The notes beneath the pieces are model-generated. The model was not told where the DNA came from. It worked only from the letters and a program-made list of their open reading frames with translations, and did no database searches. Shown piece by piece: positions 1 through 10,191 of a DNA stretch of 64,000 bases. How positions within the stretch are numbered: position 1 is the first letter of the stretch; each line of letters starts with the position of its first letter. The DNA comes from an uncultured delta proteobacterium (lineage in GTDB: Bacteria > Desulfobacterota > Binatia > UBA9968), in NCBI GenBank assembly GCA_963847445.1, contig CAWJZV010000009.1, forward strand, positions 64,001 to 128,000, written 5' to 3'. A program made the position numbers and the translations under genes.

Positions 1-2414
1 CGCGGATCTTCGGGCGCGCCGATCTTGAGGCTCTGCACCGCGTCGACCAGCCGCGCCAAAAAGCGCTCGTGTATTTCTTCTAGTAGAATCAGCCGCGACG
101 CGGCGGAGCATTTTTGCCCCTGATAACCGAAGGCGGAATCGATAACATGCCCCACCGCTTCGTCGAGGTCGGCGTCACTATCGACAATGACGGCGTTCTT
201 GCCGCCCATCTCGCAGACGACGCGCTTCACATGGGCTTGCCCCGGCCGCTGCGTGTAAGCGTCGCGAAGAATTTCCAAACCGACTTCGCGCGAGCCGGTA
301 AAGGCGATTAGATGAATCCTCGCCGAGTGCACTAAATGCGCGCCGATCTCGCCGCCGCCCTGGAGCAACTGGCAAGCGCCATCGGGCACGCCGGCGTTGA
401 ACAGAATATCGGACAACTGCACCGCCATCAGCGGCGACTGTTCGGCGGGCTTCATCAGCACGCAGTTTCCGCTGACCAGTGCCGCCGCCGTCATACCGGC
501 GAGAATCGCCAGAGGAAAATTCCACGGCGCGATCACCGCGGCGATGCCGCGTGGCTCGTAAAAATAAGTATTGGTTTCGCTGGGCAGCTGCTGGGTCTCG
601 CGCGGTTGGGCGAGACGCAACATCTCGCAAGCATAATAATCGAGATAATCGATCGCTTCGCAGACATCGGCGTCGGCCTCCCGCCAGCCCTTGCCGACTT
701 CGATAATCTCCCTTGCGGCGAGCTCCCAACGCTGCTCGCGCATGAGCTCCGCCGCGCGGAAAAGCATCTCGGCGCGCTTGCGCGCCGGCGTGTCGCGCCA
801 CTCGGGGAAAAAGCGCTCGGCTTTATCGATCGCCTTGTCCGCTTCCGCGATTGTGGTTTTGCGCACCCAGCGAATGATTTCGTCGGCATTGGCGGGATTC
901 ACCGACTTGAGCCAGATCTCCTCGTCGCGCTCGCGCTGTTTTCTCATTTCGCCGCGCACTTCGCCGAGCGCGGCGGCAAAGCGCTCTTGATTCTCCTCGG
1001 AGGAAAAATCGATTGGCGCTTGGTTACGAAATTCCCTTCGTGCCGCGGCATAGTCCAATAGATGCGTCACCGGCGTTGCCGGTACGGGTGCTTTGATCAA
1101 ACTTTCAACCGCTTTTTTCTCGGCGTAGGTTTGACGCAAAAAAGAAGTGTTCGAGGTGTTCTCCATCAAGCGCCGAATCAGATAAGAAATGCCCGGCAGC
1201 AACTCGCCCACCGGCAGATAGACGCGCACGCGCTGGCCATTCTGCACGATCGCCTGGCGCACCGGCTCGGCCATGCCGTAGAGCATCTGCACCTCGTAAC
1301 CGTTGGCCGGCACGCCGATCTCTTGCGCCGCGACGATGGCGTGGGCCAGGCTGCGCAGATTGTGACTGCCGAAGGCGGCGTCGATCACGTCATGGCCTTC
1401 GAGCAGCAAACGGCTCAGCCGTTCGTAGTTGGCGTCAGTTGCAGCCTTGTCCAAAAAAACTGGAATCGGCCAATTCTTTTGCTTCGCCCAAGCGATCTCA
1501 CTGTCCCAATAGGCGCCTTTGACGAGGCGCACTCCGACGCGGCGCTCTTGGCCACGTGCCCAGCGAATCAAGTCGCTGACATCCTTTTCGGCATCTTTAA
1601 GATACGCTTGGAGCGCGATCGCCGCATAGGGCTGCTCATGAAACTCGTCCTCTTCGAGCACGGCGCAAAAAATCGCCAGGGTTAGTTCGCGAAAAGCATA
1701 TTGCTCCATGTCGACCGTCACTGCGGCGTCCAAGCGAGCCGCTTCGCGAAACAGCTCGCGCAAGCGCGCGCTGACGATGGCGTCGGTATTCGGATCGAGC
1801 GGGTCGAAGCGCGCGCATAAGGATGACAGCTTTACCGAAAGATTGACCTGGGGGATTTTGCCGTTCGGCGATTGATCGATCTGCGCGCACTCGGACCACT
1901 TGGCTCTCGCCGTCACAAGCCGGCGCATGAGCTCGAGATAGCGCTGTTGCATCGCCGCCGCTTCGCCGTCGCTTACCGTCGCCTCGCCGACGACATCGAT
2001 GGTAAACGCGGCGGGCTCCTTGCGCAGACTCGACAGCACCGAGGTCAAATGATTGCCGCTTTCCTCGGCGATGAAGCGGCGCGCGAGCTGGATGACGTTG
2101 CGCCGGACGATGGGCGCAACGAGAGTACCGGCGTGCAGCGCCTGGGCGAGAATCGCCAAGCCGCTCAGCGCATGATCGACCCGGGAAAAGTATTCTTCGA
2201 GATGGCGGCCGATCTCGGAAGATGATTCCAGACTCGGCAGCACGTCGACGAAGCGAAACAGCGCCACCCGCAAAGACTCATCGTCCAACGACCAGTCGAT
2301 CATCCGGCCGAGCAAATCCTGGGCGTCAAACAGCGCTGGCTTCTGCCGCGCCGCTTTCTGGTATAGCTCCCGCGCCAGCCGTTGGACTTCTTGCTCGGAG
2401 GTTACGTTCGCCAT
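1..2414 (-). CDS. putA: Bifunctional proline dehydrogenase / P5C dehydrogenase (runs off the left edge; frameshift near 2300)
   Basis: Manual minus-strand translation gives IDWSLDDESLRVALFRFVDVLPSL, VDMEQY, IALQAYL, VRLVKGAYWD (PRODH), and EMGGKNAVIVD, SAFGYQGQKCSAASR (ALDH catalytic Cys). ATG at 2414. Confidence 0.93.
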   Translation of the reverse strand, partial: MANVTSEQEVQRLARELYQKAARQKPALFDAQDLLGRMIDWSLDDESLRVALFRFVDVLPSLESSSEIGRHLEEYFSRVDHALSGLAILAQALHAGTLVAPIVRRNVIQLARRFIAEESGNHLTSVLSSLRKEPAAFTIDVVGEATVSDGEAAAMQQRYLELMRRLVTARAKWSECAQIDQSPNGKIPQVNLSVKLSSLCARFDPLDPNTDAIVSARLRELFREAARLDAAVTVDMEQYAFRELTLAIFCAVLEEDEFHEQPYAAIALQAYLKDAEKDVSDLIRWARGQERRVGVRLVKGAYWDSEIAWAKQKNWPIPVFLDKAATDANYERLSRLLLEGHDVIDAAFGSHNLRSLAHAIVAAQEIGVPANGYEVQMLYGMAEPVRQAIVQNGQRVRVYLPVGELLPGISYLIRRLMENTSNTSFLRQTYAEKKAVESLIKAPVPATPVTHLLDYAAARREFRNQAPIDFSSEENQERFAAALGEVRGEMRKQRERDEEIWLKSVNPANADEIIRWVRKTTIAEADKAIDKAERFFPEWRDTPARKRAEMLFRAAELMREQRWELAAREIIEVGKGWREADADVCEAIDYLDYYACEMLRLAQPRETQQLPSETNTYFYEPRGIAAVIAPWNFPLAILAGMTAAALVSGNCVLMKPAEQSPLMAVQLSDILFNAGVPDGACQLLQGGGEIGAHLVHSARIHLIAFTGSREVGLEILRDAYTQRPGQAHVKRVVCEMGGKNAVIVDSDADLDEAVGHVIDSAFGYQGQKCSAASRLILLEEIHERFLARLVDAVQSLKIGAPEDP

Positions 2415-2565
2415 GGTCTCGTCCGGAACTCTATCATAAACCTGCCGCGCTGCGGCGGAAAACCGATTGTGACCGGCGCGCGAGCCTGTTACCTTTGGCG
2501 TTAGCTAGGATTTTGGGGTTCAGACTTTTGTCTGGAGCATGTGTCGCGTTCAGTTTGTTTTGTTT

Positions 2566-2716
2566 ACCACGAAGGACACGAAGATCACGAAGTTCGGAGT
2601 TCAAATGTCCGAAACCTTCGTGTCCTCCGAACTATTATGCCTCGAAATTTACACGGCTTGCGCATTTTTCCGGTAACGGAATACTAACATGGGTGACTCT
2701 CGCACTTCGTGGTGAA
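2566..2716. repeat. Intergenic inverted-repeat element with 9-nt CACGAAG units (MITE/REP-like)
   Basis: ACCACGAAGGACACGAAGATCACGAAG...TCGGA...TCCGA...CTTCGTG...CTTCGTGGTGAA. The same termini occur at 50566 and 60455. Confidence 0.7.
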
Positions 2717-2754
2717 AACATCTTCACAGTAAACCCGGAAGAAGCGGATTTTCC

Positions 2755-4447
2755 ATGGATCCAACTACCGACACAATCACCGGCGCTGAAGCCGCGGTGG
2801 AAATGCTCAGGCTGCACGGCGTCGAATTTATTTTCGGCCTGTGCGGCGACACCAGTTTGCCGTTCTACGACGCCTTGGCGCGCCTGCCCCACGGCATGCG
2901 CCATATTCTCGCCCGCGACGAGCGCTCCGCCGCTTACATGGCCGACGGCTACGCGCGCGTGTCGGGCAAAGTCGGCGTGTGCGAAGGACCGAGCGGCGGC
3001 GGCGTCACTTATATCTTGCCCGGCTTGGCGGAAGCCAACGAATCTTCCGTGCCGCTCTTGGGCATCAATAGCGACATCTCGGTCGGCGCGCGCGGTCACT
3101 ACACGCTGACCGAACTGGATCAGGGCGCGCTCATGCGGCCGGTGACCAAATGGAACACCGTGGTCGATGGCGCCGAAGATCTGCCCCAAGCATTTCGCCA
3201 AGCATTCAAGCAAATCACTATCGGCGCGGCCCGGCGCGGCCCATATCGCTCTGCCCTTCGACGTGCAGAATGGCTTAGTCGCTCGTTCGGAAGTTTACGG
3301 CGATGCGAGTTTCGGCAGTTGTCCGGCGGAACGGATCGCGCCCGCGGCAAACTCGGTGGAAGCCGCCGCGCGGTTGCTAACTCAAGCGCGCAATCCGGTG
3401 TTTATCTGCGGCGGCGGAGTCGTGATCTCGCAAGCCGAGCCCGAGCTTGTCGAACTCGCCGAGCGGCTCTCGGCGCCGGTGGCGACGACCATCAGCGGCA
3501 AATGCTCGATTGACGAACAGCATGGGCTCGCCGTCGGCGTGGTCGGATCCAACGGCGGCACGCCTGAGACACGCGCGATCGTCGATCAAGCCGATCTGAT
3601 CATTTTCGTGGGCTGCCGCGCCGGCTCGGTGACCACTGAACGTTGGCGCCATCCAGCCAAGGGAAGCACCAAAGTCATTCATCTCGATGTCGATGTCGCG
3701 GTTCCCGGCACCAATTATCCGACAGACGCGGCGTTGGTCGGCGATGCCAAGCTTGGGCTAAAAATGTTGAATGAAGCGCTGGCGGCCACCCGCCGGCCGC
3801 TCGATGCCGCGCGAGTGGAAGCAGCGAAAGAACAGAAGTTCGCAAAGTTCCAAGCGCTCGCTGAGTCGAACGAAACACCGATCAAGCCCGAACGCGTGGT
3901 CGCCGAACTGACGCGCGCGCTCGAACCCGACGCCATCGTCGTCGCCGATGCCGGCACCCCATGTCCGTATTTCTCCGCCTACTATCCGGTGCGAGGCAAC
4001 GGGCGGAAATTTTTTTCCAACCGCGCCCACGGCGCCCTCGGTTACTCGATGGCGGCCGCCATGGGCGCGCACTTCGCGCAGCCGAAAGTGAAATGCGTTG
4101 CGGTCATGGGTGACGGCAGTTTCGGCTTTACCTGCGGCGAGCTGGAGACCGCCGCGCGCTACCGGCTGCCGGTGACATTTATCGTGATTGCCAATGCAAG
4201 CTACGGCTGGATCAAGGCGGGACAACGCTCGGGTTACGGCCAACGTTACTTCGCGGTCGACTTCGCCGTCACCGATCACGCCGCCGTCGCCGCCGCCTTC
4301 GGCGTCAAAAGCTGGCGCGTCACCGAACCGAGTGAATTGGCGAAGACACTGAAAGAAGCGTTAGCACATGACGGACCGAGTCTTGTAGATATCGTCTGTC
4401 AGCCGCTGCACGAAGCCAAGGCGCCGGTGTCGGAATGGATCGCGTGA
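2755..4447 (+). CDS. Thiamine pyrophosphate-dependent enzyme (acetolactate synthase large-subunit-like), frameshift near 3225
   Basis: The N-terminal ORF has RDERSAAYMADGYARVSGK. The C-terminal ORF has the TPP motif GDGSFG...N. The two overlapping ORFs join into one protein. Confidence 0.88.
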
Positions 4448-4454
4448 AGAGATG

Positions 4455-4606
4455 GCGCAAAGAACGCAAAGTACGCAAAAAACTGGAGTAGCTTCGTAGG
4501 GGCAACCCGATGTGGTTGCCTTTCCGAGCGCAGCCCTTTGGCGGCAACGTTCCAAGGATTCGGAAGTTTCTGTTTCCTTACTTGTGACCTTTGCGTTCTT
4601 TCGGCT
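4455..4606. repeat. Inverted 9-mer repeat element (CGCAAAG.. / ..CTTTGCG) containing a GTAG-type REP
   Basis: GCGCAAAGAACGCAAAGTACGCAAA ... GTAGGGGCAACC-N-GGTTGCC ... CTTTGCGTTCTTTCG between convergent genes. Confidence 0.6.
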
Positions 4607-4614
4607 CAAACTTC

Positions 4615-5082
4615 CTAATTCTTCAGCCGCACTCTCGTTCCCAGATTCGCGCAGTCCTCATCGGTCATCAGGCCGGCAGCGCGAATGCCATGGGCGGCGA
4701 GTTCTTCGTCGCGCTCCTGGGTGTCGCCGGTGACGCCGACGGCACCGATGACATCTCCCGCTTGATCTCGGATCAACATGCCGCCGCCCTCGGCAAAAAT
4801 CTGATCGTCCGAGGCGCGCATGAGATACTGCATGAACAGCGGACGCTCTTCGGTGCGCATGCGCACCAGCGATGACGAGCGCCCAAGCGCCAGCGCCGCG
4901 TACGCTTTGCCGTAGGCCATCTCGAAACGCATCATCGCCGAGTCGTCTTCTTTCTGAAATGCTTTGACCTTGGCGCCGGGCTCGACGACGATCACACTCA
5001 TCGGCCGGCAAGCCAGCTCACGGCCGCGCGCGAAGATCGCTTCGATGATGCGATTGGCTTGCGCCAACGTGATCATGCTCAT
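4615..5082 (-). CDS. GlcG/HbpS family heme-binding protein
   Basis: ITLAQANRII...MAYGKAYAALAL...GGMLIRDQAGDVIGAVGVTG...DEELA pattern. RBS GAGGAGG. Confidence 0.85.
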   Translation of the reverse strand: MSMITLAQANRIIEAIFARGRELACRPMSVIVVEPGAKVKAFQKEDDSAMMRFEMAYGKAYAALALGRSSSLVRMRTEERPLFMQYLMRASDDQIFAEGGGMLIRDQAGDVIGAVGVTGDTQERDEELAAHGIRAAGLMTDEDCANLGTRVRLKN

Positions 5083-5126
5083 AGGACCTCCTCTGCGATC
5101 TTGGTGCAGTTGTCAACGAAATCGTC

Positions 5127-5147
5127 AGGGCGACCGGCGGTCGCCCT
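5127..5147. repeat. REP-like palindrome (GGGCGACC-GGC-GGTCGCCC)
   Basis: Perfect 9-bp stem. Near-identical copy at 38931-38955. Confidence 0.65.
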
Positions 5148-5176
5148 TCCCAGGTTAAGCGGCAAGAATTAACCAC

Positions 5177-6031
5177 TCAGCGAAACAGCACCGCCGCCAG
5201 CTCCGAACGATACCGGTCGGTCAATGGATCGTCCGAGCCCAGCACTTCGAAGATTTGGATCATCGCCTTGCGCGCGCCGTCGTCTTTGAACTTGCGGTCG
5301 GCCTTGACGACTTGGAGAAACTCGCTGAGCGCTTCGTCGTACTTCTCGACGCCGGCCAGCGTCTGTGCGAGATCGAAACGCGCCTCGATATTGTTCGGGT
5401 CCGCGGCGATTTTTTCCCTAAGAGCAGCCTCATTTTGCGCGCCGCCGGCCTGAAGATTGAGGCGAGCGATCATGCGCTCGGCTTCTTTGCGCTCGTCTGC
5501 GACGATCGAAATTCTGTCGAGAAATTCCAGCGCCGCGGCGTTATCGCCGCCGTTCATGGCCATGCGAGCCATGCCCAACAGCGCCTGGCCATGATTGGCA
5601 TCGGCGGCCAAGATCGCTTCATAGGCGGCTTTGGCTTCAGCAAGCTTGCCTTCGGCTTCCAGCGCCACGGCGGCCTGCGCTTCCTTGTCGTTCGCCGTGG
5701 GTAAATACTTGGTGAGAAACTCGCGCAGCATCGGCTCGGGCAAGGCACCGGTGAACTCCGAGGCCAGCTCGCCGTCGCGAAATAGTTTCACCGCGGGAAT
5801 TCCCTGGATGCCGAACATGCCCGCCAGGTTGGGGTTTTCGTCGACATTGAGTTTAGCCAGAACAAAGCCGCCGGCGTATTCGTCGGCCAACTTTTCTAGT
5901 ACCGGCCCCAGGGCTTTGCACGGGCCGCACCACTCGGCCCAGAAGTCGACCAACACCGGCACTTCGCTCGAGCGCTCCAGCACCGCCGCCTCAAAAGTTT
6001 CCTCGTTAACGTCGATGGTCCATTGACTCAT
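5177..6031 (-). CDS. ybbN: Thioredoxin-TPR chaperedoxin (YbbN/CnoX family)
   Basis: N-terminal DFWAEWCGPCK followed by TPR helices. C-terminal DDGARKAMIQIFEVLG...YRSELAAVLF. Confidence 0.88.
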   Translation of the reverse strand: MSQWTIDVNEETFEAAVLERSSEVPVLVDFWAEWCGPCKALGPVLEKLADEYAGGFVLAKLNVDENPNLAGMFGIQGIPAVKLFRDGELASEFTGALPEPMLREFLTKYLPTANDKEAQAAVALEAEGKLAEAKAAYEAILAADANHGQALLGMARMAMNGGDNAAALEFLDRISIVADERKEAERMIARLNLQAGGAQNEAALREKIAADPNNIEARFDLAQTLAGVEKYDEALSEFLQVVKADRKFKDDGARKAMIQIFEVLGSDDPLTDRYRSELAAVLFR

Positions 6032-6047
6032 AATTTTGTCGCTTCAC

Positions 6048-6094
6048 TCGAACGTTTGAACTATTTGAACGGTTGAACAGTTTGGAACCCGAAC
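6048..6094. repeat. Degenerate ~9-nt tandem repeat (TTGAACnnn)
   Basis: CTCGAACGTTTGAACTATTTGAACGGTTGAACAGTTTGGAAC. Same family at 38030-38070. Confidence 0.6.
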
Positions 6095-6339
6095 TATTTG
6101 GCGATGATCGCCTTGGCGAAGTTGCGCACCTTGGCCGCCGCTGGGCGCATCGCGTAAACCACCGCTTCGGTGATCTCGTCCTCCGACGCGCCGCACTCGC
6201 GAGCTCTTTTCAAATGCAGCGTGGCGCCCTCTTCGTGGCCGATCGAGATACAGACCGCGAAGAAAATCAGCTGCGCGGTTTTCGCATCGAGCGAACCTTC
6301 TTTGTACTTCACGTTGAAAAATTCTTTATCGATGGTCAT
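6094..6339 (-). CDS. Carboxymuconolactone decarboxylase / AhpD-like small protein
   Basis: LDAKTAQLIFFAV...HLKRARECGASEDEITEAV. RBS AAGGAG. Canonical CxxC absent. Confidence 0.8.
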   Translation of the reverse strand: MTIDKEFFNVKYKEGSLDAKTAQLIFFAVCISIGHEEGATLHLKRARECGASEDEITEAVVYAMRPAAAKVRNFAKAIIAK

Positions 6340-6514
6340 GTTTTCTCCTTATATTTTCCAGCCAATCAGTTTAAACGAAACCAAGGGAGGTCGGGTTTCA
6401 AACCCAACCCTATGAACGCCCATTCTCTTTTGAGTGTTTTGCGCGACGCAGTTCCTTCGCATGCGCTCAGGACAGGCTTTGCGGCAAATTTCTTATGTTA
6501 ATTTCCGCACGCCC

Positions 6515-7006
6515 CTACTTCTTGAACGCCGTCGGATCGAACGCCGCACCGTTGAGCGTGTATTCGCTTTTGACTGCGGTCGGCTTGCGGATCGTCTGGA
6601 TCACATAGCAGCCTGACTCGGCGTTGCGAAGGACCTTGGCGATTTTTTCCGCCGGCTCCGTGGACGTGATCTCGCAGCGCGTCTGGACTCCCAAACCCTC
6701 CGCTTGCACGGTCTCGCGCAGTACCGAGCCTTCGTTCTTGAATCGTGCCGTGACAAACACTTTAGCCTTATCGATGTGAGTCTTGAGCATTTCCCCGTAC
6801 CGGGAAATTTGCGTCAGCAGTCAAAACCCGACCGAAAGTCCGAAGTAGGCGAGCGGCGGTGGCGCAGTATTGTCGCCGCCGATCCGCTCTCCTTCATCGC
6901 AGAAAACCGTAAAGCCGCGCGCGTGTCCCTCCTTGCGCATGCGCTCCAAGGTCTCGGCGTCGGCTTCCAGCACGATCTCACGCTTGATTTGTAGATCTTC
7001 AGCCAT
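6515..7006 (-). CDS. OsmC/Ohr family protein, probable selenoprotein (UGA at 6821-6823 = Sec62)
   Basis: ORFs 6821-7006 and 6515-6790 are in the same frame, separated only by one TGA. Read-through gives DEGERIGGDNTAPPPLAYFGLSVGF-U-LLTQISRYG...AESGCYVIQTIR (163 aa). Confidence 0.85.
6787..6812 (-). promoter_or_regulatory. Putative bacterial SECIS hairpin
   Basis: GCAAATTTCCC-GGTAC-GGGGAAATGC. The G-initiated apical loop starts about 20 nt after the UGA. Confidence 0.7.
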
Positions 7007-7077
7007 GATTCCCTCGATGTTTCAATATTTCAGTCGGGATTTAATATATGCGCAATCCGGCCAGGTTGCCAACTTAT

Positions 7078-8152
7078 CTACGGCTCTTTTTGCTCGGCGC
7101 TGGCGTACTCTTCGAAATAGAGATCGAGCAGCGCGCGCAGCAGCGCGAAGATCGCCGGTCCGAGCACGATGCCGACTGGGCCGAACAACGCAATGCCGCC
7201 CAGGATGCCGAAGAAAAGAAACAGCACGGGCAGACCCAAGCGATTGCCGATCAGTAAAGGTTTAAGGACGTTGTCAATGGTTCCGACCACGCCCAAGCAC
7301 CAGGCGAGCAAAATGATGCCGCGAATGGTTTCACCCTGAAGAAACAGGTAAATCGAAACCGGGATGGAAACGAGCGTCGAGCCGCCCACGGGCAAGAGCG
7401 CGACAAACGCCGTGACCACGCCCCATACCGCCGCAAACGGCACGCCCAAGATCCAGAAGGCGAGTCCGGCGAGCAGGCCTTGTACCATGGCCACGACCAA
7501 CGAGCCGTGGATGACGGCGAGCACGGCATCGACGATGTTTTTGAGCAACCTTGTTGATGCTCCTGGTCCATCGGCAGCAGCCGCCGGATCTTGTGCAAGA
7601 ACTGCGGGCCGTCGCGCAGCAGAAAAAAGAGCGTGAACAGCGCGATGACAAAGTTCACGGTGAACAACAGCACGTTCTGCGCCACGCCCGTGACCTTTGA
7701 AACCAGAAAGGCCGACGATGCCTGCGCGCCCTGAACCAATCCCTCTTTCCAATTGATCTTGAAATCAATCAAGCTAAACGAGACCATATTCCACCAACCC
7801 ACGAGCTGTTGTACCCAGGGTTTGGCGCAGCCACTCTTGTTTGCCCGTCGTCGCTCAGGAGCGTGCGCACGGACTGAACCAGCGAGGCAGCTTCGTCGGA
7901 AAGAAACCAGGCGAGTTCGAATCCCGGTACGATCACCAGCAAGGTAATAAAAATCATGACGACGATCGCGGCCAGCGTCGCCCGCCCGCGCAGGAGTTGC
8001 AGCAGCCAAGCGTAGAGCGGATAGACCAGGATCGCCAAGATCACCGCCCAGGTGATCGCCGTGATAAACGGACTGATGATCAGATACGCGCCATAGAGAA
8101 TCAGCAGCAGCAAGGCAAAGAAAAAAGCGGTCACGAGCCAGGTTCGGTTCAC
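7078..8152 (-). CDS. AI-2E family transporter (split by at least 2 frameshifts)
   Basis: PFITAITWAVILAILVYPLY; LFFLLRDG; QGLLAGLAF; IDNVLKPLLIG; GGIALFGPVGIVLGP. Confidence 0.88.
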
Positions 8153-8265
8153 CGGTGCGCCTCCATTTCAACCCATCAACTGTACGTAGGAGAGGCCGGA
8201 GCTGCAAGGTTGCCGGCCGCCGGCAACAGGTTTGATCTTTTATTTTTCCGGCAAATCTGCTTTAC

Positions 8266-9191
8266 ATGGCGGCGATGGCACCAGGACGAAACGATTTTCG
8301 CGTGCGCTTTTGGGGTGTGCGCGGCAGCTATCCGACCACCGGTCCGGGCACGCGAGACATCGGCGGCGACACAGCTTGTGTCGAAGTCAACGTCGGCGGC
8401 CAGCGACTGATCTTTGACGCCGGCACGGGGATCATTCCGCTCGGCAAAGAAATCTGCCGGCGCGCCGCGACCGCGCCCCTTGCCTATGTGTTCTTGAGCC
8501 ATACCCATATCGATCACTTGCTAGGGCTGTATTTTTTTGCCCCGCTGTTGACCGCCGGGGCGCGCTCGTTCATTTACGGGCCGGGCCGGTCGAACGGTGC
8601 GTTGTGGCGCACGCTGCAACAGCTAACCCACAGCAATCTGTTTCCGGTTACTTTCGACGAGCTCAAGGGCAAAACCGAAGTCCACTCGCTGGCCGGCGGA
8701 GAAGTCATGCGCTTCAGCGCGCCCGGTGCGCGGCTGACGCTGCGAAAGCCGCCACCACGCGGCGCAATGACGATGGGCAACAACTATCGATCACGACGCA
8801 TAAGAGCTCGGCGCATCCGCGCGACGGCGTCTTGCTCTACCGCGTCGAGTACCATGGTAAAGCGCTCGTCTACGCCACCGATGTCGAAGAGCAGCCGGGC
8901 GGCTACGCCGATGTCATCGAGTTTGCCCGCGGCGCCGACTTGCTGATTCATGACGCGCAGTATTTGCACGGCGAATACCATTCTAAATCGAAGTCGAAAA
9001 AGGGCTGGGGCCACAGCACCGTGGAGATGGCGGCGGCAGTCGCCGCCAAAGCGCAGGTAAAAAAACTCGTGCTGTTTCATCATGAACCGCAGCATGACGA
9101 CCGGGCCATGCGGCGCATCGAACGGCTTGGCAAAAAATTGTTCGCGGAATCTATAGTGGCTTACCAAGGATTGGAGTTGACGCTGCCGTGA
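8266..9191 (+). CDS. MBL-fold metallo-hydrolase, cyclic-nucleotide phosphodiesterase-like (frameshift near 8750)
   Basis: FWGVRGSYP, DAGTG, SHTHIDH, YATDVE, LIHDAQY, WGHS, LFHHEP motifs. Confidence 0.85.
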
Positions 9192-10183
9192 AACGCCCGA
9201 CGAAATCACGCTGGCCAAGAACAGGGCAGCTCTTTGCGCTGCTTTTTCTCCTGAGCGCTGCCGCACAGGCCCAATCCCAGAGCAAAAACCGCATCGGTGT
9301 CTTGCTGCCGGAGCTCGGCCGGGCCCAGTCCCAGTCCGTCAAAGGCTTGCACGAGGAGCTCACACGCTTAGGGTATATCGAACACAAGAACCTCACCGTC
9401 GAAACCCGCAATGCCAAAGGCGACCGCGGCGCGCTGCGTCCCGCCGCCGACGACTTGGTGGCGCGCAAAGTCGCGGTGATTTTCACCACCGGCACCCGCG
9501 CGACCATGGCGGCGGCTGGCGCCAGCGCCGAGATTCCCGTCGTCTTCGTCCATCCCGGCGATCCGGTGGCGGCGACAATGGTAAAAAACCTGAACGAGCC
9601 GGCGCAGAATCTCACCGGCATCGCCGGCTTCGCCGTGGAAAAAACCGAGAAACGCTTGGAGTTATTGAAAGAACTGATCCCCGAGCTCCGCGAAGTGCAT
9701 ATTTTTTTCGACAGCAACAATAATTTTTCCCGCGACAACTTCGCCTTGGCCCAGGCCGCGGCGAAAAAGCTCGGTCTGCCGGTGGTCGCACATGGCGTCA
9801 AAGCCGCCGACGAGTTGAAGACTACTCTGAGCAGCATGCGCATCGCGCCGGGCGCCGCGCTGTTTCACGTGCCCGACGATTTGGTCGAGGGCGAGGCGGA
9901 ATTCATCTTCACCACCGCGCGGCAGAAAAAGTTGCCGAGCATGTTCAACGAAGAATCCTGGGCGATCCAGGGCGCCACCGCGGCCTACGGCCCAAGTTAT
10001 CTTGACATGGGGCGGCGCGCCGGCGCTCTCATCGGGCGCATCTTGAAGAACCCGAAAACCGCGCTGCCGGCTGTCCAACGCGCCGACAAATTCGATTTCA
10101 TCGTCAACTACCGGACCGCAAACTTTATGGGCTTGAAGATAGCGCCGGCGGTACTGAAGAAAGCCGACAAGGTCATCCGCTAA
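9188..10183 (+). CDS. ABC_sub_bind-type substrate-binding protein (no cognate permease nearby)
   Basis: Signal peptide, RIGVLL, NLTGI, KRLELLKELIP, C-terminal LKKADKVIR. Confidence 0.85.
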   Translation: MKRPTKSRWPRTGQLFALLFLLSAAAQAQSQSKNRIGVLLPELGRAQSQSVKGLHEELTRLGYIEHKNLTVETRNAKGDRGALRPAADDLVARKVAVIFTTGTRATMAAAGASAEIPVVFVHPGDPVAATMVKNLNEPAQNLTGIAGFAVEKTEKRLELLKELIPELREVHIFFDSNNNFSRDNFALAQAAAKKLGLPVVAHGVKAADELKTTLSSMRIAPGAALFHVPDDLVEGEAEFIFTTARQKKLPSMFNEESWAIQGATAAYGPSYLDMGRRAGALIGRILKNPKTALPAVQRADKFDFIVNYRTANFMGLKIAPAVLKKADKVIR

Positions 10184-10191
10184 CCCAGACC

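Noticed and set aside
336-3109. Long plus-strand ORFs over putA, and similar antisense ORFs (e.g. 12463-13584, 14413-15423, 62134-63192)
   Set aside because: These are shadow frames of well-supported genes in GC-rich DNA, with no recognisable motifs.
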